Below are positions 37,682 through 49,800 of a stretch of 64,000 nt of DNA, piece by piece. This DNA comes from Octopus sinensis (taxonomy: Eukaryota). Position 1 is the stretch's first letter. Every line of letters begins with the position of its first letter. The stretch lies in assembly GCF_006345805.1 (NCBI RefSeq), contig NC_043025.1:3906001-3970000 (forward strand), given 5' to 3'. The position numbers and the translations under genes are program-made. The notes beneath the pieces were generated by a model that ran no database searches, was not told the DNA's origin, and saw only the letters and a list, made by a program, of their open reading frames with translations.

Positions 37682-37901
37682 TTAAAGGTGGGCAGTAAAG
37701 CAGGTGTTCATTTTTGATTATCATAAATTTTTAAATTTAAAACTAAAAGTATACTTTTCTTTGGCTTAGATGGTAGGAAAATGCGTGAGGAATTCAGAAT
37801 CATTAGTTGCATTGAACAAAAATTAGTAGTAAAAAAAGTTATGAAGTAAAATGTCATAAAATGTAAAATAAGGGAGTAATGCTCCAAGCAAAGAAATATC
37901 T

Positions 37902-38370
37902 TCATCATCATCGTTTAGTGTCCGCTTTCCATGCTGGCATGGGTTGGATGTTTTGACAGCAGCTGGCAAGGCCAGGGGCCATACCAGATTATGTTTTGGT
38001 ATGGTTTCTACAGCTGGATGTCCTTCCTAATGCCAACCACTCCGTGAGTGTAGTGGGTGCATTTTATGTGCCACCTGCACAGGTGCCAGACGAGGCTGGC
38101 AAACGGCCACAATCGGATGGTGCTTTTTATGTGCCACTGACACGGAGGCCAGTCGGGGCGGCGCTGGCAATGGCCCCGTTCAGACGGTTCTCTTACGTGC
38201 CACCGGCACTGGTATCTCAGCTACAATTTCCATTGATGTTGAAAGATTTCGATTTTGATTTTGATTTTCACTTGCCTCAACAGGTCTTCACAAGTAGGGT
38301 TTGTGTCACAAGAAGGAACGGTATGCATAAGTGGACTGGCTACGTCCCAGGTAGAGGCCACAGCCAATAG
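37902..38370 (-). mobile_element. SINE family A, near full length
   Basis: (CAT)n tail end; modules near 38058, 38121 and 38189; the far end matches 2537-2680. Confidence 0.82.
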
Positions 38371-38560
38371 ATTTAAATTAATCTGTTGTTTGTTATAATT
38401 GCTCTTATTCTTCTTCTTACCAGGCTTGTTGCTATTGTAGGTTCTTAAAAATTTCGAAAAAGCTAATTTTATTTTGAAATTATTCTTTAATATAGAATTA
38501 CTTTTTTAATTCATTTTAAGAATATATTTCTAAAATGAATGTTTACATTCTAAAGCAGAA

Positions 38561-38832
38561 ATGTTAGTGCACCAAGCGAAATGCTTAGCGGTATTTCGTC
38601 TGTCCTTACATTCTGAGTTCAAATTCCGCCAAGGTCGACTTTGCCTTTCATCCCTTCAGGCTCGATTGAATAAGTACCAGTTACACACTGGGGTCGATAT
38701 AATCAACTTAATCCATTTGTCTGTCCCCTCTGCGTTTAGCCCCTTGTGGGTAGTAAAGAAATAGGTATTTCGTCTGTCCTTACATTCTGAGTTCAAATTC
38801 CGCCGAGGTCGACTTTGCCTTTCATCTTTTCG
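38561..38832 (+). mobile_element. SINE family C with a partial tandem re-duplication
   Basis: Body as at 7763-7991; gtatttcgtctgtccttacattctgagttcaaattccgcc is repeated at 38590 and 38765. Confidence 0.78.
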
Positions 38833-38859
38833 TATATTTTATTTTTTTAATTAATTAAA

Positions 38860-39374
38860 TCTATATATATAAAACTGTAGTTGTGTGAGTGTCTGTCCCC
38901 TTTGATTTAGATTCCTAACTACTCCCACATTTTGCGGTGCAGTTTAACCAAATTCGGGTATCTTATAGTCGTGATTCATATCGAGCCCGTCTGAGTATTA
39001 GCGTGCGTCAACGATGAGTTTACGATTTTAAAAATAATTTAACATCATTTTTTATTCCATTTTAATGCATAATTTTTCGTGTGTCGATGGCGGCAGAGTT
39101 GGCGTCCATGGTCACACCTGCACCTGTGTTTGCTTCTCCCCCTTCTTCCCTCCCTCGTGAAGCTGTGGGGAAGGGAGTTTAAGGAAATCAACGTCGTAAT
39201 GCGTTGTCAAGGAGACCAGCGTTCTTTTAGAACAAAGACTTCATGGCTTGAAGACACCAAAACAGAAATGGCTAAGAAAGCCCAAATTGGCATCTATAAG
39301 GGAAGTAACTCTCTAAAAATGCTTATATAGTTATTTCCCTTACAAACCCGAGCAACGCCGGGCGATACTGCTAG
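38860..39374 (+). mobile_element. Non-autonomous Helitron family H2, long form
   Basis: A|TC start, 3' hairpin cccgagcaacgccggg, terminal CTAG|T at 39371-39374. Confidence 0.85.
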
Positions 39375-39652
39375 TATTTAATAAAGTTATTTCTAATATA
39401 CTGTTGAATTAAAGTAAGTTTAACTTTTATTATTAATTTTCTCTTTCAGTTTTAATTAACTTGCTTTCTGCTTTTCCTTTTCTTTTTAGTTAATTATTTA
39501 ATCAGGCTGGTTCATTAATGTGTTATGTGCTTCAGATATATGCATCTAAATTTATTGGGGCAGGAATCTAGTCATTTTTGGCTGTGTCTCTACGGGCAGA
39601 CTTGAAGGCATATGTAGTAAGGCTGTCCAGAAATTTCTGCTGTATTGTATAA

Positions 39653-39952
39653 TCTTTATATATAAAATTCAAGTTGTGTGTGTGAGACTGTCACCTCCGA
39701 TTTAGATTCCTAACTACTCCCACATTTTGCGGTGCAGTTTAACCAAAAGCGGGTATCTTATAGTCATCATTCATATCGAGCCCTTCTGGGTATTAGCGTG
39801 CATCTATGAGTCTACGATTTAAAAAAACTTACTATCATTTTTCCGCATTTCTAATGATTTTTGCTTGGGTTATATAAGGGAAGTAACTCTCTAAAAATGC
39901 TTATATAGTTATTTCCCTTACAAACCCGAGCAACGCCAGGCGATATTGCTAG
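39653..39952 (+). mobile_element. Non-autonomous Helitron family H2, short form
   Basis: A|TC start, hairpin, CTAG|T at 39949-39952. Confidence 0.85.
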
Positions 39953-40280
39953 TTATTGATAGATCTAGATTAGCAGCAGTCAGCGCTATTATCCCAACTC
40001 AAAATCTAGGTTACTTAAAGTGAGCCTGGTCACATAGTTTTCGGGTCTTGTTTGTAACTTTTGGTGAGTCATGGTGCAACCAACAAGATGGTAAAAATTC
40101 CTGCCTTTAATTTGGTAATACCAAATAATTCAATCACAACATATCTTAAATTAAACAGGGAAAAAATTGAAATATCATCATTACCTATATGGAAAAATTG
40201 AAATACTGTCTTTGAGTATTTTATAAGATAAAATCTTAAATTATTGACACATTATTAATTATCTTATAATAGCAATGCCT

Positions 40281-41001
40281 GGAAAAATGCGAGCATGAAA
40301 AGTCATATTCTTAAGATTATAAACCTGGAAAAGTACAGGACAAGCTATTGGTTCTAGTAAAGAAGAAGAAACTTTTTACTTAAAATATTGCAGCTAAAAT
40401 TAAAATTTGAATATTTAAACCTATTTTATTATAGTTTACAAATAACACAATACAGTATAGCCCGGCGTTGCTCGGTTTTGTAAGGGAAATAACTATACAA
40501 GCATTTTTAGAGAGTTACTTCCCTTATATAACCCAAGCAAAAATCATTAAAAATGCGGAAAAATGATGGTAAATTTTTTTTTAAATTGTAGATGCGCGCT
40601 AATACCCAGAAGGGCTCGATATGAATGACGACTATAAGATACCCGCTTTTGGTTAAACTGCACCGCAAAATGTGGGAGTAGTTAGGAATCTAAATCGGAG
40701 GAGACAGTCTCACACACACAACTTCAATTTTATATATAAAGATTTGGCTAACTTACTACCTTAAATACAGGAAAAAGTGACTAATTAGACAAACTTACAA
40801 ATTAGCTGAACAGTTTTGTACAATAAATTTAAAAGATGAGAATTGTAAAGAATGGTAAATTAGAAGAACTGGCATTCGTTGCTGCAATATTTTAAGTAAA
40901 AAGTTTCTTATTCTTTAGTTTGCTTGAAGTAATAGCTTGTCTTGTACTTTTACAGGTTTATAATCTTAAGAATATTACTTTCCATGCTCGCATTTTCCCA
41001 T
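40281..41001. repeat. Diverged inverted repeat pair of about 115-120 bp (40281-40394 and 40881-41001)
   Basis: ggaaaaatgcgagcatgaaaagtcatattcttaagattataaacc...actttttacttaaaatattgcagc recurs reverse-complemented. Confidence 0.75.
40452..40742 (-). mobile_element. Non-autonomous Helitron family H2, short form with damaged CTAG
   Basis: Reverse complement of 39653-39952; hairpin retained. Confidence 0.8.
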
Positions 41002-41039
41002 GTAATATATATATGTATGTATAACTTTGATAGGTTTCG

Positions 41040-41275
41040 GCCAGTTTTTTAGTCATATACGGGACACCTTGGCCCACTCTAGCAGAGTTATTATTGTTGG
41101 AGACATATCCGGGTGTAGGAGGTTGGTCTGGGATTTTTTTGAGAAATTTGTCCAGTGAACTTTTGAATTTTATGGGATTCGTTTCCATTTTGAAGTATTT
41201 TGGTAAGGTATTAAAGAGAGCCAGACTGGTTGAGGTAAAGGAATCGTGACGTAATGTTGCTGTGTGTACAGAGTT
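41040..41275 (-). mobile_element. 3' fragment of a CR1-group LINE
   Basis: TLRHDSF...LFNTLPK...FKSSLDKFLKKIPDQPPTPGY; same architecture as 9450-9780. Confidence 0.65.
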
Positions 41276-41850
41276 CAATTTTTTTTAGTGGGTGGATAGC
41301 ACAGGGGCCAAGTCTTGGATGATTCAATTGTTGTAGTGGGTGGATAGCACAGGGGCCAAGTCTTGGATGATTCAATTTTTTTAGTAGACAGATAGCACAG
41401 GGGCCAAGTCTTGGATGATTCAATTTTTTTAGTAGGCAGATAGCACAGGGGCCAAGTCTTGGATGATTCAATTTTTGTAGTGGGCGTATAACACAGGGGC
41501 CAAGTCTTGGATGATTCAATTGTTGTAGTGGGTTGATAGCACAGGGGCCAAGTCTTGGATGATTCAATTGTTGTAGTGGGTGGATAGCACAGGGGCCAAG
41601 TCTTGGATGATTCAATTGTTGTAGTGGGTTGATAGCACAGGGGCCAAATCTTGGATGATTCAATTGTTGTAGTGGGTGGATAGCACAGGGGCCAAGTCTT
41701 GGATGATTCAATTGTTGTAGTGGGTGGATAGCACAGGGGCCAAGTCTTGGATGATTCAATTGTTGTAGTGGGTTGATAGCACAGGGGCCAAGTCTTGGAT
41801 GATTCAATTGTTGTAGTGGGTTGATAGCACAGGGGCCAAGTCTTGGATGA
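41272..41850. repeat. 48-bp minisatellite, 12 copies
   Basis: Unit gatagcacaggggccaagtcttggatgattcaattgttgtagtgggtt; ggggccaa(g/a)tcttggatga occurs 12 times. Confidence 0.95.
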
Positions 41851-42387
41851 AGGTGTCATCTAAAAGATATGATATTTCTTTGTACAAATCATTGATTGTT
41901 GTTAACACTTTGAATCTCTTCTAGTTCTGCACAATGACTGTTAGATTGACCTGGGATTTGTACTCTACACAGATTTACTGGAATTTATTTGTTGGAAATT
42001 TAACCCTATTCCTTTCTACTGAGTGTTTATTTGATGTCGGCCAGGATTTTTTAAGCCCACAAACAGAAAATAGAACTTTTAAAAGCTTGTAAACCCAGGA
42101 TCTCATAACGCAGGTCCTTGTAAAGTGAGTTATTACTGTATATAATTATATATATTTATTCATTTATTATGTCACATGCTAAAAGAAACAGGCCACTGTA
42201 AAGTGCAACACATAACCAAAGATGGGGCTCATTGATTGTTCCACATTCCACTCCAGTACCCAGGGTTGTACAATGTGGGGCATCAACCTTGGGATAGGCT
42301 AATGTACGGAATACGAGCCAAATGATTGAAATAATAATAATAATAATAATACAGTATGGTTTTCTTGAAGCATTGCCAGAAATAGGT

Positions 42388-42665
42388 ACAGGTGTGGGTG
42401 TGTGTGATAGAGAAGTTTACTTCCCAACCACATGGCTCTGGGTTCAGTCCCACTGCAGATATGTGTGCGTCTGTGTTTGTCCCCCCACCCCACCGCTTGA
42501 CCACTGGTGTTGGTGTTTACATCCCCATAACTGAGCAGTTCAGTGAAAGACACAAATAAAATAAGTACAAGGCTTAAAAAATAAAAAGGAATGGGGTCAA
42601 TTCATTCAACTAAAAGTTCAAGACAGTGCTTCAGCATGGCCACAATTTAAAGACTGAAGCAAATA
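42388..42665 (+). mobile_element. Degenerate SINE family B
   Basis: Head gtgtgtgatagagaagtttacttcccaaccacatggctctgggttcagtccc and tail ttcagcatggccaca. Confidence 0.65.
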
Positions 42666-42689
42666 AGGTGTATGTATACACACACTCAC

Positions 42690-42721
<32 letters not shown>

Positions 42722-42759
42722 TAAGAACAATCTTACTTAGAAATGGATGTGTGCGTTGT

Positions 42760-43101
42760 TATATAATAAATTAATAAATAAAACATATGCATATATACAT
42801 ACATATATGTACAACCTACCTCTACATGTATATATACATGCATGACCTTCGAAATGTGGAGTAGATGAAACAAAGGCGACTGAAGAAGGGGAATTTTCCT
42901 TGTTTTGTATGTCCTGTACTCTATATTTTCGTTGTTTAAGAAAAATGTCCATTTTCTTGGTTTTGTGTTTATGTTTTCGTTTCTCATTGTGTTCGACGTT
43001 TTTTTGGTGTCCTGTACCCATATATGCATGTATATATACATGTAGAGGTAGGGGCGTACATATATGTATGTATATATGCATGATTTATTTATTTATTAAT
43101 T

Positions 43102-43105
<4 letters not shown>
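42760..43105. mobile_element. Fold-back element: ~85-bp inverted arms around a ~180-bp core
   Basis: Perfect 29-bp inverted repeat at 42815-42843 and 43024-43052, extending imperfectly outwards. Confidence 0.65.
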
Positions 43106-43132
<27 letters not shown>

Positions 43133-43809
43133 ATATATACATATATGTATATATGGCAAGCATTTTCCCTCATTGATTAACTGTATAGTAGAGCTGGAAA
43201 CTTAACTGCTTGTGCTAGGGCCATTTCCAAAAGTAAATACTCAACCCCACTCCAAGGTACACTCAGCACCTCTCCTCCACTCAGGAATATGTTACAAACA
43301 AAAGACAAGTCAATAATACATTTGCAGCCTCCACGGAGTATCAAGGATGCTAGATATTGGCCAAATGTAAATGCATAAATCTGCCTTAGGGTCCATCCCT
43401 CTCTACTTTCTGAAGGGAATATATATTTATACATTTAATGTACCCCTGAAAGAGCCGTAGATGATATCCTTTACCTGAATTTGTATATTTTATCTTATAA
43501 TTTTTACATTTTGAATTCTCATCCAACAATTCATATAAACATCAAATTTTTAATCGATTGGGACAGTTTCTTTTGGAGGCCCTCTCTTCAGATGTCTGTC
43601 CCTATTTTTCACTCCTACATTCAGTATTTCAACCCCATCTACATGTAGCACAGCTTCTAAATACGACTTTTCACATGTAATTTTATTCTCTGATTTATAA
43701 ATTTTTGTGTCTATTTATTTCATTGTGGGCTTTAAATGTTGCTAATCATTGCCAACAGGTAAGCCTCGACCAAAAAGGGAAGTGGTAGACAAGGAGATTT
43801 GGTACAGGG

Positions 43810-44460
43810 GTTGTATGTGCTGAGGAGGGGCCAATCCATGCCTGCAAAACCCCTTGATCTGTGTCAAGCAGTTACTTAATACTTAACAAGGTTAAAAACC
43901 CTCATGAATACGGCAAGCTGTGATTCTTTCCCAATGAAAAGAAATACCTCAACCAAGACCAAAAAAGGAGAAATGACCGATGGGGTTTCTATGCAGATCC
44001 TTGTTATGTCCCCAGAGTTTCCAAGTTTCCAGCAACTAATGGTTTTAGGACTGGTGAGGAGTGAAGGTCATGCCATGCCACCTCACATCTTTCTACAGGG
44101 TCTTGGAATTAATGCTGCTGGATTCATTGAGGTGCAAGAAACAGTTGTTAAGGCCCGGATGGCTGGAAGTACAGGGTAGAGGGCCATATGTTTCTCGACA
44201 AGACTCAGCACCTCCTCTCAAAGCCCACAAAACCCAAGAATGGATGCCAGACAATCTTCAGGATCACCAGACTTGTAGCCTCCAAACTCACCAAATTTAA
44301 ATGTTTGGAATGTTGGAAGGGAGACCCTAGTTTCACTGATGGTCCAGCTGAGGACAGAAGGGAATAAGAACCATTTCGTGCAGGAATATAAAGGATTCTA
44401 GTCCTGCATGGAAGCAGACATCAAAGAATATTCTGGTAAGAAAGCTTATCAAGAGCCTGT
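43810..44460 (+). pseudogene. Tc1/mariner superfamily transposase relic (maT/DD37D-like)
   Basis: F(S)DEK-like region, MVLGLVRSEGHAMPPHIF.QGL.INAAG.IEV.ETVVK and PYV..QDSAP..KA..TQEW; multiple frameshifts. Confidence 0.72.
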
Positions 44461-44919
44461 GAATACATTTTAATTAAAATAAATTTTGATTTTGTGAGAT
44501 TCGATTTCTTTCATTAAATTACCAAATTTCTCCTCAAATAGCTCAAAGGTTCCATCCACGTCTTTCTCTCTTGCCCCCACCCCAAAATAGAATATTTTCT
44601 TCCATTCTATCCACCCCATAATTTGGTACAGTGTACCACGGTGTACATTAAATACTGGGTTTTGTTTTTTCAATCAATAAAATCCACAAGTATTTCTCGG
44701 TTTAAGAGTTGTCGTGGTGTTTCTGTTATGTGCTGTGAAAAAGGAAAAAAGGGGTTTGTGATAGGAGGGACCTCAGATTATACAACACTGCTTCAGACAA
44801 ACCTATCCAACCCATGATAGCCTGGGGAAGAAGAGGTGGTAGGGCAGATACAGAAAGGTAGACATATATATATATATATATATATACTTTATTTAAAGCA
44901 GCAGAAAATTCAACAAAAC

Positions 44920-44957
44920 CTGTTACTCTGAGTTTCACGTTCCCGTTCGTCGGACAG
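44920..44957 (-). ncRNA. Minimal type I hammerhead ribozyme motif, U4C variant
   Basis: CUGU-CCGACGA-ACG GGAA CGU-GAAA-CUC A GAG-UA|ACAG; stem II intact with a GNRA loop. Confidence 0.65.
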
Positions 44958-44994
44958 TTTTTGCTAGAATAGCAAAAAACTATTCTAGCAAAAA

Positions 44995-45032
44995 CTGTCT
45001 GACGAACGGCAATGGGAAACTCAGAGTAACAG
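44995..45032 (+). ncRNA. Minimal type I hammerhead ribozyme motif, stem II weakened
   Basis: CUGU-CUGACGA-ACG GCAA UGG-GAAA-CUC A GAG-UA|ACAG; core intact, but the stem II closing pair is A.G. Confidence 0.65.
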
Positions 45033-45139
45033 GTTTTGTTGAATTTTCTGCTGCTTTAAATAAAGCATATTACTCTACCACTGGTATTTGAGTACTCTTT
45101 TTTTTTCCACCTTGTTTTACATTTATGTGTTTACTCTGC

Positions 45140-45640
45140 GCTATATATATATATATATGCATATATATATATATATATATATACATACACACACATGCAG
45201 ACACACATCTAGGCATACAGACACGCACACAAAGGCATAAAACATATACACACACATACAAACTGATGTTCATAGACACACACACACATGCATGCATGCA
45301 TGCAGACAGACACAAATATTCAGACATGCAGACCTACAGACACACAAGACAGATACACAAATACACACAGCCTCCCAGGGACACAGACATTATAGACAAA
45401 CAAGCCCCACACACACACACAAAATACTCAAGGGGGTACAATTTACTACAACCAGTGTTTGGGGAATTTCTTTTCCATTTTATTAACATTATTAATTATT
45501 ATTATTATTATTAATATCATTATTATTACCAATTTTTTTAATGTTTTTTCTTATTTAATTGTTTTTTTGTTGCCAATTTTTTTTTGTGCTTGTTCATTTT
45601 TCATTGTGTGTGTACATATGTATATATATAATATATATAC

Positions 45641-45688
<48 letters not shown>

Positions 45689-46042
45689 ACGCACACATGT
45701 ATAAATACACATGCACAGGCACACACACACATATATATATACACACACACACAGATATAAGTATATATATATCTATATATGTATGTACATACATATATAA
45801 ACAAACACACATATACATGCACAAATAAACAGAGACACAAATTAAATACATATACATATATGCACAATAAACATACATTCATGTGTATACATTCACATGC
45901 GTCCATATATATATATATACACACACACAGACACATATGCATACACATTTTGTATGTATATTTGTGCGTGTGTACATATAATTATACGTGTGCATACACA
46001 TACATATACACAGACATACTCACATATGTATATACATATATA

Positions 46043-46103
<61 letters not shown>

Positions 46104-46154
46104 ATATAAATGTATATATGCACACTGTAGATATATGTATATACATATATGTAC

Positions 46155-46200
<46 letters not shown>

Positions 46201-46430
46201 ATACATATATATGTATGTATATATGTACATATATATACATATATCTATATACATATATATATCATCAAGCAATCAAAATGTTTTTCTTACATTTAAGTCT
46301 GAAATTGTCTTATTTCCAATGTTTGTTTGTTTTTTGCTATCTTTGTTTTATATTTTTTCTTCATGTGTGTGTGTGTATGTGTGTGTGTGTGTGTGTGTGT
46401 AAATATGTGTGTGTGTGTGTGTGTATTTGA
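45140..46430. repeat. Compound (TA)n/(CA)n/(TG)n low-complexity region
   Basis: Interleaved dinucleotide tracts; source of many spurious ORFs. Confidence 0.9.
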
Positions 46431-46846
46431 GTGTAACTTCTTTTCAACACATTTTTTTTTTTCCTTTTGCATTTGAACTTAACCTTTTTATTTATTTATT
46501 TATTCCATTTACCCTGCTCACCCCTGAGGTGGCAGCCACTCCCTGTCAACAACAAAACACACATATATATCCACACATACACACAAACAAACATATACCT
46601 ACATTCATACAAATGTCTTCTTCCTTTGTTTCTTTCTTTTCTGTTTTTTAGCTTTTTTTTTGGTTTTTATATTTTTCTTCTTCTTCTTCTTCTCCTGATC
46701 ATTTTGTTGCCCTCCACGGATGGTTGGTTGGAGGGAGAGAGAGAGGCAGGAGGAAGAGGAGGAGGAAGAGAGACCAAATTCCTAGGCAGTTGCTTGTTCC
46801 TGTACATGTGGGGTGGTAGAATCCTGTGGCTTCATAACGTCAGTGC

Positions 46847-49800
46847 ATGCCAGCACCACCTGTCTGGCCCTGTGCGGTGGCATGTAAAAAGCACCATCCG
46901 AACGTGGTCGATGCCAGCACCACCTGTCTGGGCCCTGTGCTGGTGGCATGTAAAAAGCACCATCCGAACGTGGTCGATGCCAGCACCACCTGTCTGGGCC
47001 CTGTGCTGGTGGCATGTAAAAAGCACCATCCGAACGTGGTCGATGCCAGCACCACCTGTCTGGGCCCTGTGCTGGTGGCATGTAAAAAGCACCATCCGAA
47101 CGTGGTCGATGCCAGCACCACCTGTCTGGCCCTGTGCTGGTGGCATGTAAAAAGCACCATCCGAACGTGGTCGATGCCAGCACCACCTGTCTGGGCCCTG
47201 TGCTGGTGGCATGTAAAAAGCACCATCCGAACGTGGTCGATGCCAGCACCACCTGTCTGGGCCCTGTGCTGGTGGCATGTAAAAAGCACCATCCGAACGT
47301 GGTCGATGCCAGCACCACCTGTCTGGGCCCTGTGCTGGTGCATGTAAAAAGCACCATCCGAACGTGGTCGATGCCAGCACCACCTGTCTGGGCCCTGTGC
47401 TGGTGGCATGTAAAAAGCACCATCCGAACGTGGTCGATGCCAGCACCACCTGTCTGGGCCCTGTGCTGGTGGCATGTAAAAAGCACCATCCGAACGTGGT
47501 CGATGCCAGCACCACCTGTCTGGGCCTGTGCTGGTGGCATGTAAAAAGCACCATCCGAACGTGGTCGATGCCAGCACCACTGTCTGGGCCCTGTGCTGGT
47601 GGCATGTAAAAAGCACCATCCGAACGTGGTCGATGCCAGCACCACCTGTCTGGGCCCTGTGCTGGTGGCATGTAAAAAGCACCATCCGAACGTGGTCGAT
47701 GCCAGCACCTCCTGTCTGGGCCCTGTGCTGTGGCATGTAAAAAGCACCATCCGAACGTGGTCGATGCCAGCACAACCTGTCTGGGCCCTGTGCTGGTGGC
47801 ATGTAAAAAAGCACCATCCGAACGTGGTCGATGCCAGCACCACCTGTCTGGGCCCTGTGCTGGTGGCATGTAAAAAGCACCATCCGAACGTGGTCGATGC
47901 CAGCACCTCCTGTCTGGCCCCTGTGCTGGTGGCATGTAAAAAGCACCATCCGAACGTGGTCGATGCCAGCACCTCTGTCTGGGCCCTGTGCTGGTGGCAT
48001 GTAAAAAGCACCATCCGAACGTGGTCGATGCCAGCACCTCCTGTCTGGGCCCTGTGCGGTGGCATGTAAAAAGCACCATCCGAACGTGGTCGATGCCAGC
48101 ACCTCCTGTCTGGGCCTGTGCGGTGGCATGTAAAAAGCACCATCCGAACGTGGTCGATGCCAGCACCTCCTGTCTGGGCCCTGTGCTGGTGGCATGTAAA
48201 AAGCACCATCCGAACGTGGTCGATGCCAGCACCTCCTGTCTGGGCCCTGTGCTGGTGGCATGTAAAAAAAGCACCATCCGAACGTGGTCGATGCCAGCAC
48301 CACCTGTCTGGGCCCTGTGCTGGTGGCATGTAAAAAGCACCATCCGAACGTGGTCGATGCCAGCACCTCTGTCTGGGCCCTGTGCCGGTGGCATGTAAAA
48401 AGCACCATCGAACGTGGTCGATGCCAGCACCACCTGTCTGGGCCCTGTGCCGGTGGCATGTAAAAAGCACCATCCGAACGTGGTCGATGCCATCACCTCC
48501 TGTCTGGGCCCTGTGGCCGGTGGCATGTAAAAAGCACCATCCGAACGTGGTCGATGCCAGCACCTCCTGTCTGGGCCCTGTGCCGGTGGCATGTAAAAAG
48601 CCCCATCCGAACGTGGTCGATGCCAGCACCACCTGTCTGGGCCCTGTGCCGGTGGCATATTAAAAAGCACCATCCGAACGTGGTCGATGCCAGCACCTCC
48701 TGTCTGGGCCCTGTGCCGGTGGCATGTAAAAAAGCACCATCCGAACGTGGTCGATGCCAGCACCACCTGTCTGGGCCCTGTGCTGGTGGCATGTAAAAAG
48801 CACCATCCGAACGTGGTCGATGCCAGCACCTCCTGTCTGGCCCTGTGCTGGTGGCATGTAAAAAGCACCATCCGAACGTGGTCGATGCCAGCACCTCCTG
48901 TCTGGGCCCTGTGCCGGTGGCATGTAAAAAGCACCATCCGAACGTGGTCGATGCCAGCACCTCCTGTCTGGGCCCTGTGCTGGTGGCATGTAAAAAGCAC
49001 CATCCGAACGTGGTCGATGCCAGCACCACCTGTCTGGGCCCTGTGCTGGTGGCATGTAAAAAGCACCATCCGAACGTGGTCGATGCCAGCACCACCTGTC
49101 TGGGCCCTGTGCTGGTGGCATGTAAAAAGCACCATCCGAACGTGGTCGATGCCAGCACCACCTGTCTGGGCCCTGTGCTGGTGGCATGTAAAAAGCACCA
49201 TCCGAACGTGGTCGATGCCAGCACCACCTGTCTGGGCCCTGTGCTGGTGGCATGTAAAAAGCACCATCCGAACGTGGTCGATGCCAGCACCTCCTGTCTG
49301 GGCCCTGTGCTGGTGGCATGTAAAAAGCACCATCCGAACGTGGTCGATGCCAGCAGCACCTGTCTGGGCCCTGTGCTGGTGGCATGTAAAAAGCACCATC
49401 CGAACGTGGTCGATGCCAGCACCACCTGTCTGGGCCCTGTGCTGGTGGCATGTAAAAAGCACCATCCGAACGTGGTCGATGCCAGCACCACCTGTCTGGC
49501 CCCTGTGCGGTGGCATGTAAAAAGCACCATCCGAACGTGGTCGATGCCAGCACCACCTGTCTGTGCCCTGTGCTGGTGGCATGTAAAAAGCACCATCCGA
49601 ACGTGGTCGATGCCAGCACCACCTGTCTGGGCCCTGTGGGTGGCATGTAAAAAGCACCATCCGAACGTGGTCGATGCCAGCACCTCCTGTCTGGGCCCTG
49701 TGCTGGTGGCATGTAAAAAGCACCATCCGAACGTGGTCGATGCCAGCACCCTGTCTGGGCCCTGTGCTGGTGGCATGTAAAAAGCACCATCCGAACGTGG

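Larger units (their letters stand above)
44887..45065. repeat. Near-perfect palindrome: 86-bp arms, 7-nt loop, 4 mismatches
   Basis: Checked base by base: position p pairs with 89952-p. Mismatches at 45000, 45010, 45013 and 45015. Confidence 0.97.

Noticed and set aside
43177-43700. Possible Tx1/L1-type LINE relic here and at 44470-44673
   Set aside because: No diagnostic motif could be identified by eye; needs a translated profile search.
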